From positions 2,718,783 through 2,782,782 of the forward strand of contig CM082580.2 of the NCBI GenBank assembly GCA_040954595.2: a stretch of 64,000 bases of DNA, read 5' to 3'. This document shows positions 1-12,749 of this stretch, piece by piece (position 1 is the first letter of the stretch; each line of letters starts with the position of its first letter). The notes below the pieces were generated by a model. That model made no database searches and was not told the origin of the DNA. It saw only the letters and a list, made by a program, of their open reading frames with translations. The position numbers and the translations under genes are program-made. Origin of the DNA: Balanoglossus misakiensis. Its lineage: Eukaryota > Animalia > Hemichordata.

Positions 1-560
1 AAAGTGGTAATTTTCATGAAGACAAAGTGGTGAATGAATTATTTTCTTCTTTGTTTCCAAAAAGACTACTCATATACCTTAATATTGCAAAGAATTAAAA
101 GGTTTGGATGACTATTATTTTTCTAAAAGCAAGAAACAAAAAGACAGAAAATTATTCCAAGGTGACATTTGCACATTTGTCAATGATAGGTACAGTTCAC
201 AGTCTCGTGGGAATTGAAATGTAAATACACCACGATTGGGCCTGTGACATAAGGGATCGTCGTGTGGTACAGTTGAATGTAAAGTCGGTTCTTTTGATGT
301 CAAATTATTTGGCTTCTCTTTGTGAGTGTAATGAAAGACTACAAAAATATGGGACAATTCACCCGGCTTCATCAAATATTACACTATGAATTTAGATCTT
401 AGCATGGCACCAATCATTTCCCAAGGGCAAACTATTCTGCTATCCCGGCGTGTCCGCTACACTTTTAAATTCAATGGCTCAGTATAAGTGTGTCTTTCCT
501 TTTTATCTTGCAGTCCTATTCCAAAGTTCAATAATCCGTGGGGAGTGTGAGTCTTTCTTA

Positions 561-1749
561 GGGACCGTTCAGTTTTTACGGCGGGGGGGGGGGTGGCAAG
601 TTTGTGTCATCGGTTTTCAAAATCAGGCCGACCCACCTTCACCCAGCACCAAAAAATGATGACCACCCCCATTTTGACAGACCCAAAAATATGATGACCC
701 CCCCCCCCCCCCCATGCTGAAAACATTCGCCGTCCTGATCCTATGTACACTGTATGCAATAAAGGGAATGAGGCTCCTCACACCTCAATTATAAATTTCT
801 TAAAGTAATTAAAGTATATAATAGTATATCGTTGCAATAAAGAAATCTATGAACAAATTAAAATGACAAGTCAATACAATAGTTGCTAGAATTGGTAAAA
901 CAAGAAAAGTGGCGGGGGTGGGCGTGGGAGGGGGTGTCTTAAGAAAATTTTGTAAAATACGGTGGTCAAAGTTGTATTTAATTGAACTCAAAAGCAAATT
1001 AACTCAATGTTAGGGAGGACAAATTTTAAGTTTGCCACTCCACTCATAGTAAGCATCGGGGTGGGGCGGTAAGAAGTCTGCCCTGGTACACTAGACAAAC
1101 CAGCGAATAAATGCAATGTGGCGAAGAATGGAGGGGTGGGTGTGGGAGGGGGTGTCCGCCTCCCACATAAGAAAATTTTGTAAAATATGTAGCGCAAAGT
1201 TGCATTTTAATGAACTCAAAAGCAAAGTATCTCAATGTTTGGGAGGACCAATTTTAATTTTTGCCACTCCGCTCAAAGTTAGAAGATTTGGCGTCATCTT
1301 CGTCATGACATCATTTATAAAACTTCTAGAATATACAAGATGCAGCGCGAAACTATCAGTTATGCGAAATGGTTTAAACGATTATTCTCCCTTATGTATT
1401 TACTTTGTTAAATATTATCATCGGTGGGGTTGGGGTGGCAAGCACTCTGCCCTGGTACAATAGACAAACCAGCAAAAAATGAAATGTGGCGGAGAATGAA
1501 GGCGGTGGGTGTGGGAGGGGGTGTCCCCCTCCCAAATTAAAAAATTATGTAAAATAAAGGGTGCGAAACTGCAATTTTGTGGACTCAAAAGCAAACGTTC
1601 GGTGGCAAAAGTATGTGACCCCCCCCCCCCTAAACGTTTAAAAAACCCAGATGATCCCCCCCCCTTTGGACTTCAAAATTTAAGTGACCCCCCCCCCCTG
1701 GATTTTGCCGCCGCCCCCCCCCCTTCGGCCATAAAAACTGAACAGTCCC
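561..1749. mobile_element. Non-autonomous PIF/Harbinger-like DNA transposon with internal ~250-350 bp G-rich direct repeats
   Basis: TIR GGGACCGTTCAGTTTTTACGGC (561) pairs with GCCATAAAAACTGAACAGTCCC (ends 1749). Flanks are TTA / ATA, near a TWA TSD. Internal blocks repeat at ~910-1120, ~1130-1270 and ~1420-1600. Confidence 0.7.
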
Positions 1750-2184
1750 ATAGGAGACGCTTTGAGTTCTCTTTATGTTCTGACAATTGGTAAACGCTGT
1801 CTCAATGCTCCTCACCCATACCGGTACAGTTCGATTAAAGCCCTGTTTGATTCTAGCTAGTTTCCAGTTCATGCTACGGAGGCAAATAATATTATTAGTT
1901 TATGATTTTACGGGTAATTAAATCGACAACTCATTTTACTAAATCGTATTATCACTGTATATTCATGACATTTTGGTGTTTTAAAGTTGTGCGTGTCGTT
2001 GTATTTCGAATAACAAAATCTCTTTCTTCTTTTCTCTTAACAAATTGTTTAAAATTAACTACCGGTACACAATCGTCTCAGTGTATTGTACATAGCACGC
2101 AAAAGTAAATTAATAAGTACATAGCTGGATAAAATAATAAAACCAAAAACTACAATCACACACATTACACATAAAACTGAGGTT

Positions 2185-2395
2185 GTTTCTTTGTATTACA
2201 CTGTAGTGTAAATGCTACAATGTACATTATTGCATAATTGTGGTTGTTACTTTGTATTACACTGTAGTGTAACTGCTACAATGTACATCATTGTGGTTAC
2301 TTTGTATTACAGTGTAGTGTAACTGCTACAATGTACATCATTGCATCATTGTGGTTGTTACTGTGCATTAGCTGAAGTATAACTGTTAAATCATT
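2185..2395. repeat. Minisatellite, ~50-60 bp unit, about 3.5 copies
   Basis: Recurring tttgtattacactgtagtgtaactgctacaatgtacatcattg...gtggttgttac. Confidence 0.8.
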
Positions 2396-4246
2396 GCAAC
2401 CAAAATTCATTGTTACTTTTTATCACTTTTCCAATTTACTTTGATTGTGTGAGTGAGACCCCCCTTGGAACAGTGCGAACAATGTTCATGTGGTCATGAA
2501 TAGAAAAAGTCGTATGCGAGAATTTTAGATGGCCCTCCCCTAAAAATTGTTAATACCATTTCCATTGCTAGTGTTGTTACTGTGGATGGTTGTCAACGTA
2601 CAAAACAGACTGTGTCAGCAAGCAAGATAAAAGAACAGAAAAATATTCCCAGGTGACACATTTGTCAATTCTAGGAACAGCTGAATGTAACGTCGGTTCT
2701 TTTGATGTCAAATTATTTGAATTCTATCTGTGAGTATTATGAAAATATGGGCTTTTCCGAGAAACATGTTATACATCATCATATATTCATCTTTCCCAAG
2801 GCTATTTAGTCCTCATTCAAAAATATTTCTTGTTATCGCTTTCTGATAGTTAATCGTTCCTTTGGGATTAAAACATTTACAGTACTTCTGAAACATTTCA
2901 CCTTTATTTAGTTCTCTTTGACGTTTAATCTCATTTTTCATTCTGTTTTGCGTCTTGGTTTATCTCATTATTGTAAAACATTTCCTTGCAGTCCACAATA
3001 ATATTCGGAGTTATTTCAGATTACCCTTGAACTGAAAACAGTTAAGGGTACTGGCAAGTTGTGGATGAATTATAACGTTCACCAAATATGTAATTTTAGA
3101 GTCACATATAACGTCACGTGGATTTTTGCGTGTACACTACACCAAGTCAATATAGATGACATCACCAAGCACTTATTTGGGAAAGCTTGGCAAAAAATGT
3201 GTAGAGTACGCATAAAATTATTCATTTTCAGTAATGCACTAAAATTTTGCCGAGTAATCATTTGCACAAACGCAAGTTAGAGATTCAACCTAACGAAAAC
3301 AATACCCCAACAAATTGTCCACATGTCCACGGACAGTTACATGGAATTGTTCCATTCACTTTATATAATACATATTACTTGCGTGAATCGAGGTGTACAT
3401 AGGCCTACATGCACTTCAGTAAATATATACTATGTTAGCAATATCTTACACCAACTGTCATAGGTTTAATGCACATTTATAACACCATGGGATAATATCT
3501 GTTGTCAATCATCACTCGCTTTAAAGCAATCCTGTCAAAGTTTTAAGGGTATATTTGAATGTTTTATGCGTTTAAGTTTTCTATTAGGGCCATCGGAAAA
3601 TAGAAGACATTTATCATCGAGATTTTGACCATTGGCATTTTGAAAACAATACCTAATTCACTTAATAATGTTGCTATTTTCGAAACATCTGACATCACTC
3701 TCTGGTCTTTTTTGGCGGAAGTCCATATACATGCATCTTTCTTTCACGGACTTGACTTTGTTGAGTGTGAAGCAAATACTGTATATTTGACCTATGAACT
3801 TAAGACTTTTGTCTTCTTTATTTCTTCTTTTCTTTCTTTTGTATGTATTACTAACCAAGTGTTCTACTGTTCACTATGAAGGGGTGGACTTGACTAGTGC
3901 GAATGCACTATTTTTCCTACCTCCTTTTTTCACTTTAACAGTACATTTTTCACCATTCGATGTAAAAATTGAAAGTGAAATAAAATTGAATTGAACTGAA
4001 TTGAATTAAAATTGAATTGTATGGGTTTTCTCTGAATTATTTCTTACATTATTCATACATGCCATTCATCAGACATTGGGAAATATAACGGAATATATAA
4101 TTTCATGCAGGTCATATTTCAATTTAACTGGAAATCTGCTATTCACACGTTTTCTTGTTTATGTCTCTATGGCAACACTGGTATAGTTAAATAAGTGAGT
4201 TTATAACTCTCTAGATCACAACAAGTCTTGATAGAAAACGCTGAAT

Positions 4247-5504
4247 ATGTATTACCTGGCAAGTCTCGTTTTTATATTGCTATTGTGTGCTTATATTGCT
4301 ATGTCGATACAAGGTAAGTGTAGAAAAGGCACATGGACTAAAATCTAACCTTAGACGGTGTTTTTGTCTATGTGTGATATTTTTGTGGCCTTTATCCTTA
4401 CTACATCTATTAGCGTGCAGTTTAGGTAGATCTTATATATATTTTCTGTGTTAATATAGGATATTTTAAACTGAAGCGATTTAAGCTGACATTGTCTTTA
4501 TTTTTGTTCCAAAAATTTTATAAAACAGCTCGAGAAATTGCTCTTAAATTTATTATGAACGTATGAAGGCATGCATGTCTCTTCAATGCACTTTAAAATC
4601 ATTGCACAGTTAACAATATTCGAGTATTTTTGTCATTCGTGGTATTAAAATTAATTTTGAGAATGCGCTTATGTGTCTTACTTATTTTCTTGTTACTTGT
4701 CAATATTATTGTAACCAACATATTGTATTTGGGAGCAATTTTGCGCAAAAACTCCTATTTCAAGAAATCCCTTGTCTGACTGCTTTTTGATTTGGTTTAT
4801 AGGGTCATGCCGAAATAGTCGTGGAAATATTGTACTTGCGATCAGTTCTTCCTGATTTGTGGTCAAAAACTAAAAAATGGCTTGCCGAAATTTTGTTTGA
4901 GGATCCTTGGGTATTCGTATCATGAGTAAACAAATAACTAAGTCAATCCCATGTCTATAACGGAAGCAAAACTGGCTATATTGCAAATAAATTTGCCTCG
5001 TGTGTAAAACGGTTTGTAATAAGTCTTCTCTTGGCTGTCCTAAACAGCTTATAATTAACAACATTGCAAACCTCATACTTCTGTTATATTCTATATTCTA
5101 TTTCTTTTTGTCAGGATGCGATGAGAGATACAGACTGAGAAATGGAGAGGCAGTTCGAGTTAGTTCTCCAAACCATCAAGATGATCACGACATCATTCTT
5201 CAGTGTACGTGGACCCTGTCCAATACTGATGGTGGACTAATAATAGTCTGCGTCAGTCATGTCGAGTTGGTCTCGCAAAATGACTGCCTTGCACTTTTAG
5301 ACGAGGGAAATGAAAGCGATACCGGACAAGTGCACAAATATACATACGCTAATAGGCCAAGTGTCCCACCCATCCTTGTATCGCAACGTGATGTCGCTTA
5401 TATAATTTGGACAACAAGTGAGCAAAATACTGGATCATTTCATGCGACTGTAACTGCAGTGGAAAGTGAGTATCAAGTGTTTCATTTCAGTTATCTCTCA
5501 ATTG

Positions 5505-5535
<31 letters not shown>

Positions 5536-8500
5536 ACGGTGTCAAAATGTTTTTATTTTTCTTTCTTTTGAATATCTAATCGTCATCGTCACCGTCATTA
5601 TTTGGGTTGGGAGATCGAGATTCCTGTGTCAATACCGCTATTAATAATGCACATTTCAAATGGAAAATTGTCGCCGATCTCCATGTTACGTCTACAAAGA
5701 AAACCCAGGTGACTTTTATGAAAACAAATCTCCTCACATATGTAGCAAAGGTTTTGAGGGCTATCATTTATCTGAAAATTTGTTCCCAGAGGCTTATGAT
5801 GCGTCAGTGTAGAGGGTGGTATACCGGTAGGCCAAGCACACATACTTGCATGAGTGTCATAGTAAAGTCATCCAATGATTGTTTTTTATATAAATTTGTG
5901 TACCAAAACACTCAATGTTGGCATGAAGGTTACACCTATATTAAAATCTGCTGCATTGAATGGCCAAAGATTTTCTCACATAAGCATATTTAATAGTTTG
6001 TGTAATGTTTTCATTTGTACAATATAAATATTCTTCATCGGTGACTTGCGTTAAATCTCAACGTTCAGATATGCCCAGGGCACTATGCTCGCTGCTTTAA
6101 TTTCGTACTGTCATTTCTATACATTTCTACCCAATACACTTTTGCATTATATTTCTTATGTAGGCTCCGTCTCTGTGGACGCATGTCCAGTTGTATCAGG
6201 TGTAAGTATTAAACCAGACTGCTGAAAGGAATTCTTTTTAAAATGCAACATAAGAGCGCAGATTGAGTCAAGTGCAGCGCCTCCAATGGGCAAGGAACGA
6301 GTAAGCTTCAGAACACGCTCTCCTGATGAGCGAATGAGGGCGTGGTTTAAACGAATATAGTTAACAATGATTATTTACCATTCAAAGTTTAGATCAAGAC
6401 AATAAATATTTGTCAATATATATCCGCGCGAAAGACGTGTGCCATCACATGGCCTAGGTCATTCGATGACGTAGACTTGCCCTCTCGTCATTAGAATATG
6501 TAGATTTCAAGTAATCATATTTTTAAGGACTCTGACAGTTAAACAAAATTGGAAAAATATGATAAATAATATGAAAACTAGTTATATTTTGTTTACTGTA
6601 CGACTATCTTGGAACTTTTATAGACTTTCAAAAGTCAAAATGAACTAACAAATGCTTCATTGTGTCATTTCTGAACTCCGCCAGGTGCTTGAACCATTTC
6701 ATCTAGCATCTGCTATGATCAAGGAATTAATGGATCTAAAGCTGCCTCTAGATGCAAGTCGGAACATAGCTAAAGGCAAGCGATTTCACATTTCTGACAA
6801 AAATTAGACGTTCCAGTTCACGATGTCCAGACGCTGGAAACTTTGCAATGAACATATATTTGAACATCATGTGTTAGACTAATGTTGAAGTGATGCCCGA
6901 ATATAATCTATATATGTAATGAATAACGGACAATAGGGAAATGCATATTACTCATTCTGCCTCTCAGTTTCACTTTTAAATCTTACAGAAATCCTGATGC
7001 TTCTGGATCAAGGCATTGTGACTCTTCCGTCGCCGGCCGATAAGGAAACAACAGACGTGGTGACCAAGTTCCTTCTAAACGCAACTGATTCCCTCGCGAA
7101 GTCTGTTCTACGTGGGGTGGAACCTGGCAGTGGGCCAGTTATCATACATTCAGAATTCTTTCAATTGCATTTGGAAAGCGATTCTGTGGTGCATCTTACC
7201 AACACCTCTTTATTACTCCGAGGCGGTAATGGTGTGAAATTTCCACCGGCAGAGAAGATGTTCTCCAATTTAACCTCTGGAGCAATTGTTAACAGGATTG
7301 TAAGAGTCTAACCTTTGTTGTTGAACATGTTATCTCTTCTCTCTCTCTATTTCCTTAACCACACTCTGTAAACACATGCCAATGAAGTTTATAATACATT
7401 ATCGCCCATAGGTTAGTGTTTTTAACAGAAGTTTGCTTCTTCAAGACTACAATGGACGGAACACATTTCCAAGAAAATTTGTGTTGAGCTTGTCGTTTAC
7501 TGATAGAGAAGGCAGAGAGTTAGAAGGTATTATATTATCATCACAATATTGCTTTCTAATATATTGTATGAGTTGGAATCGGATAAAATCTAACATTGAA
7601 AGATTTGTATGAACTCTACATAACTTGGTTTGTCTGTAAATATGGCTATGCAATATATATTTTCTTTTCAGCATAAAAGTTATTCTCTATTCACTCTTCC
7701 AGTGAAAGATACTAAAGAAGACATTGAAATCACATTTGCTAGTGAAGCACCTGAGCCAGAAACCGTCTCATTGATCGAAGGTGTGTACACTGAAGTCCAT
7801 GACGTCACATATTTTGGATTAAATGTCGAGGTAGAGGTAGGTGAATGGAAATAAAACTAGTGAAATCAATTCTGATTATGTATACTGCTTGTGCTATCGG
7901 CGAGCCAATACTAACAGATGTTAGCATTAAAGTGTTCATATTTCTCACAAAATTAATATTCATTCTATATATTCTATCGTCGCAGATAGCATGGTTGTTC
8001 CAACCATTTATCATTAAGTTTGAAAATTGCAAACCTCTGTACGGAAATACAACAGTGTACATCTTCAATGAACTTACGGCTTACTCTGACAAATACGTTG
8101 GATACCAGTTCGCTGTTGATATGGAATTTGCAGGAAATTTTTCCACAGTGTTCATCCCAGAATACTATTTCTTAAGAACTGGAGAATATTACTTCACATT
8201 TACCATTCCCCACAGTAAGTGTCCATGTTTAACATTTACCTTACACTGCACTGAAGTATTGTACATATTTGTTGTTTAAAGCACATTTAATAGTTTGTGC
8301 GTTGTCATGCATCATTTAAATTTACAAGTTCAAACCTATTATTTGTATCAGAACCTATCCTATCAATTCCTGTAGTAAGGAAGTCTGAACTACTAGGCCA
8401 AAATGCATGAGTCTACATCCGGGGTTTTAAGAGTCGACATCACCACCACGTCAAAAAGAATACAACTTCTTGAGACACCCTAACTTGTTTGTATTCTTTC

Positions 8501-8896
8501 CATTTTGTAGAGCAAGATATCCAGTTTGCATACACTGTCATACAAACTAGGTGTGATTATCTGAATATCCAGACTGACAGCTGGGAAAGTGACGGTTGCC
8601 AGGTATGCACAATGGTTCCTCAAAATATAATTTGGATTTAGCAGAATCAATTTTGTAATTTGAACCTAACCGAATTCAATGCATCCTTTAGATATGACAC
8701 AACTCAAACAGTAGGCAGGAGAAATTTGAGAACCTGTAATACTTTGTCATATTACTCACAGAAATGTTCCAACTTTTCAGCATTTATTTTAAATCCGTAG
8801 GTTTCACCATTATCAAACGTCACCTCCACTGTGTGTCTGTGTAACCACCTGACGACATTTACATCCGGAATGGCGACAACAATGATATTACCCTAG
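4247..8896 (+). CDS. Secreted CUB + GAIN/GPS domain protein (polycystin-1-like/REJ-like ectodomain without transmembrane region), ~512 aa, 10 coding exons
   Basis: Exons 4247-4313 (MYYLASLVFILLLCAYIAMSIQG, signal peptide), 5115-5465 (CUB: C...VSSPN...CTWTL...DCL...GSFHATV), 6164-6201, 6685-6775 (GC donor), 6968(or 6989)-7299, 7412-7526 (VLSLSFTDREGRELE), 7703-7830(or 7836), 7986-8214, 8511-8602 (CDYLNIQTDSWESDGCQ), 8801-8896 (VSPLSNVTSTVCLCNHLTTFTSGMATTMILP*). All splice phases are compatible and the total is 1539 nt with no internal stop. Confidence 0.8.
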
Positions 8897-9664
8897 AAAA
8901 CGATTGGTTACATTCTAACCCATGATGCATTGTGATTTCCAACATGGCGGCGAACCAGTTGGTCCCTCTACATAATGCAGAATGACCACATGAGGGCGAT
9001 ATGAACAGAATTTCATTTTGATCAGAGGAATCCGATGGATTTTTGGCCACTTAGGCCTCCAGAGTTATTTATCATGCTTCATTCGTCCTTACCATATTCA
9101 CACAAATTATATTATAGATAATAATCTATCATAGTGTCATTTAGGCCGAACCACCATCATCACTATTCTCTGCCGAGCCTTTGGAGTATATGCCATGAGA
9201 AATTTATTCAGAAACATTGAATTTGTTATTCACAAATGTGTAAATCATTATTATTCGATTGAATTTATTGTCAACTTTATACAAAGGAAAAACTGTGATT
9301 AATTTTCAATTCGAAAAATTGTTGGATTCCAGATTGAAATACAATCATTATTATGTTGGTTTTCATGTATCTCGTGGTTGTTAATGTCTATTTCAAATTA
9401 AATCAATATGTTTACATATTTACACACTCAACTCAATAGTAATTTTAGTAGCCTAGTAGCCTATTGTTGTTCATTCTTGTATTTTTACAGTCACACATAT
9501 ACATAAAGCTACCCATTTCAAGTATACCTTACATTTTGTCATTTTGAAAGCTTTGTATAATTAAATACTTGCATGTTATCCTTCTTTTAAAAAAGTGGAA
9601 ACCTACGGATGTCAAAATCAGGGGCTAGTTAATACCAATAGGGTTTGTGCCCCTATTGGTATTG

Positions 9665-9985
9665 TAGTCTGGTTCCCTGCCCCAATACCACCGCTGGCTG
9701 CAATACGCTAAAGGGAAAGGGTCAGGCACGGCCCGATTTCATTCCCAGAAACCTGGGAAAACCACGTGATCATAAACAAGATGGATGCCTCCAATGTCCG
9801 TACGCCACATTCATGGAGGTGAAGGAGAGAACGGGAAATGAGTATCTTACAACAACTTATCAACTTAACAACTTAATGTTCGTATGTATTGACCAATGAG
9901 AGCCATATTTACAATAGGCCGTGCCTGACCCTTTCCCTTTAGCGTAGCACAGCCAGCGGTGAGAATGAGGCAGGGAACCAGACTA
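9665..9985. mobile_element. MITE with TAG..CTA termini and 9-bp TSD (AcademH-like)
   Basis: ~70-bp TIR TAGTCTGGTTCCCTGCC... / ...GGCAGGGAACCAGACTA. Perfect TSD ttggtattg at 9656-9664 and 9986-9994. Confidence 0.85.
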
Positions 9986-10012
9986 TTGGTATTGTTGGAA
10001 TTGTTCTTTATT

Positions 10013-11612
10013 AGGGCCCAAGCGCCCTCAGGCCCTCAGGCGCTTGGTTTTGTTGGGTTTTTTCTTCTACTGTCTTCTTCTTCTGTCGATTTTTTGGTGA
10101 GCTAGATCATGAAAATGGCTGAACCTACAAATCTCAAACTTGGCACAATGGTGCAGGCCTGTGAGAGCTGGTGCAGTACCTTCGTGAATGTTTAATTAGT
10201 CATGTGACCTGATGACCATATATGGGCAAAATTTTCAAATCGGCCTTATTTGCATATGAATGGAGATATCAAAATTATTTAGCAACTTTTGAGGACCATG
10301 TGGTCAGTGTCCTACATTCCAAATGTCAAGGCCGTGGGCCAAGTCTATTTGGAGAAGAAGACTTTTAAATATTATTTTTCATATTTTTGGACCCAGCCTA
10401 TACTTTAGGCCTATACTTTCTATAGTTAAAGGCCCTTCTCAACAGTGGGTCAAATCTTTTGTTTCCAATAAACAGTTATGTGCTAACACAAAGGATGTCT
10501 TATTTGCCTTCATTGTTCTGCCCTGCGATTGAGAAAACGGCCTTTAAGCTATGACACTATGTCCACGTCTATGCAATGGTCCTGTACAGTGACTGTCTAT
10601 TGGCCCGTGAGCAGAATGGGACCAAAATAAAAGGCAACATTTTGGGCTCACCTGTAACACCTGCTTAACTCATTAATTATGTGCATACCTAATTCTGGGC
10701 TAACTAATAGGGCTATAGGTTTCGTTCTTGTGGGACATGGACCAGTATGGGGTCAAAAAAATTTGCCCAAATTTTGGGTCACCTCAGGTGACCTTTGACC
10801 TACTTTCCTTTATCTCGGCATCCAGAGTAGGTACAGACTTGGCGTTTGGAGGGTTGGGACTACAATTGAAAAGCCAAAATTGGGGGTCACCTGTGACACC
10901 TGCCTTTCTCATTAATTATGTGCATACCTAATTCCAGGCTAACCAATAGGGCTAGAGGTTTGTTTTTTGTTGAACATGGACCAGTATGGAGTCAAAATTT
11001 CTTACCCAAATTGTGGGTGACCTCAGGTGACCTTTGACCTACTTTACCATATCTCGGCATCCAGAGCAGATACAGCCTTGGCATTTGGAGGGATGGAACT
11101 CCTAATGGAGCCTTACACTTTACCTCATTAATTATGCGCATACCTAATTCTAGGTGAACCAATACGGCTAGAGGTCTGGTTTTTGTTGGACCTGGACTAG
11201 TATGAGGTCAATTTTTTTTGCCTAATTTTCGGATGACCTTAGGTGACAAACTTTCCTATATCTCGGCATCCAGAACAGGTACAGCCTTGGCATTTAGAGG
11301 GATTGAACTCTTAATGGAGTCTTATACTTTACATCATTAATTATGCGCATACCTAATTTCAGACAAACCAATAGGGCTAGAAGTCTGGTTTTTGTTGGAC
11401 CTGGACTAGTATGGGGTCAAAACTTTTTTCCCAAATTTCGGGTGACCTCACATGACCTTTGACGTTAATACGACATAAATGCGAATTACTACATAAATTA
11501 ACAGCCTGCTGACTTTATATTTGGCAAAAATAAAGCACACACCTGTACTGCTTATTGCTATGTTGCTATGTGCAATGTTGGCTTGGGCCCGTTATTGCTG
11601 CTTGCAGTTATA
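10013..11612. mobile_element. Helentron/HINE-like non-autonomous element carrying a ~210-240 bp tandem satellite core
   Basis: Starts ttattAGGGCCCAAGC followed by a hairpin (10018-10047) and a ttc-rich stretch. The sub-terminal inverted copy GCTTGGGCCC (11581) is followed by the gctgcttgcag palindrome and tatatt. Internal unit ctcattaattatgtgcatacctaattc recurs at ~10670, 10909, 11124 and 11333. Confidence 0.65.
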
Positions 11613-12634
11613 TTCTTCTTCCCCATTTTTCGGCCAGGCACTGGATCTGGAAAACCGCAGCACCTACAGGGCTGAAACTTGTTAAGGTGATAGAGGCCAA
11701 TGAGATGTGCAGTGACTCGTGAATATTTAATAAGTCACGTGACCTGGCGGCAATTAATAACCAAAATGTTTAAATGGCCCTAATTTGCATATTAATGGCA
11801 GCATTTGAATTCTTTTCTCAAACTTTGTAGACCATATGGCCAAGATACGTTATGCCAAATGTCAAGTCCGAGACCATGTCGATTTTAGAAGAAGATTTTT
11901 CTAATATTTTTTCCATATTTTTATGGCCTTTGGACCAAGCTATCGGCCTATACTTTCCAATGTTAAGCTATGATCACCTGGAATGTTTGAAAATATGCCC
12001 AATATCTCATAGTTTTCTCAGCCGATGAACTTCAAATTTGGTGTGCAGCTAACCTACATTCCGACAATCATTTCTAGCAAAAAAAATTATATGAAAAATC
12101 GACATATTTTTTATATTTTTTTTTTTTTATGAAATTGATACCTACACTTATACCTCTATAGTTAGGCTATGTCTACATCTTATTGTGGGATTCGGGAACG
12201 TGCCAATGTCTTGGACAGTGGAACCAAAATAAAAAGCCAAATTCGGGGGGTCACCTGAGGTCACCAAAAAATTTGGGTGACCTCAGGTGACCTTTGACCT
12301 ACTTTCCCATACTAGTATCTCGGTATCCAGAGCAGGTACAGCCTTGGTATTTGAAGGGATTGAACCACAATGAAAAGCCAAATTTTGGGGTCACCTGTGA
12401 CACCTGCTTAATTCATTAATTATGTGCATACTTAATTCCAGGCTAACCAATAGGGCTAGAAGTTTGTTTTTTGTTGAACATGGAAGAGTATGTTTTTTTT
12501 TGCTAAAATTGTGGCTTGCCTTTGACCTACTTTCCCATATCTTGGTACGGTACCCACAGCAGATACAGCCTTGGCATTCACTGGTTACCATGGGAACCGC
12601 TTGTGCCCCACCAATGCTGCTTGCAGCTTTAATT
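11613..12634. mobile_element. Second, adjacent Helentron/HINE-like element of the same group
   Basis: Shares the core motifs (gaagaagattttt, ggtgacctcaggtgacctttgacc) and ends gcttgtgcccc..aatgctgcttgcagctttaatt. Confidence 0.55.
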
Positions 12635-12749
12635 ATTCATTTTAATTATCCCTGTAAACCAATAAACCTTGCTTTGTGGGCTATTTATATACTATTGTTT
12701 GCCAAATGCTGTTTTTGTCATAGAATCATTTTATCTTTAACATTATCAG

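Noticed and set aside
5466-5536. Poly-Q tail on the CUB ORF
   Set aside because: It lies after the donor at 5465 and is an intronic (CAA)n.
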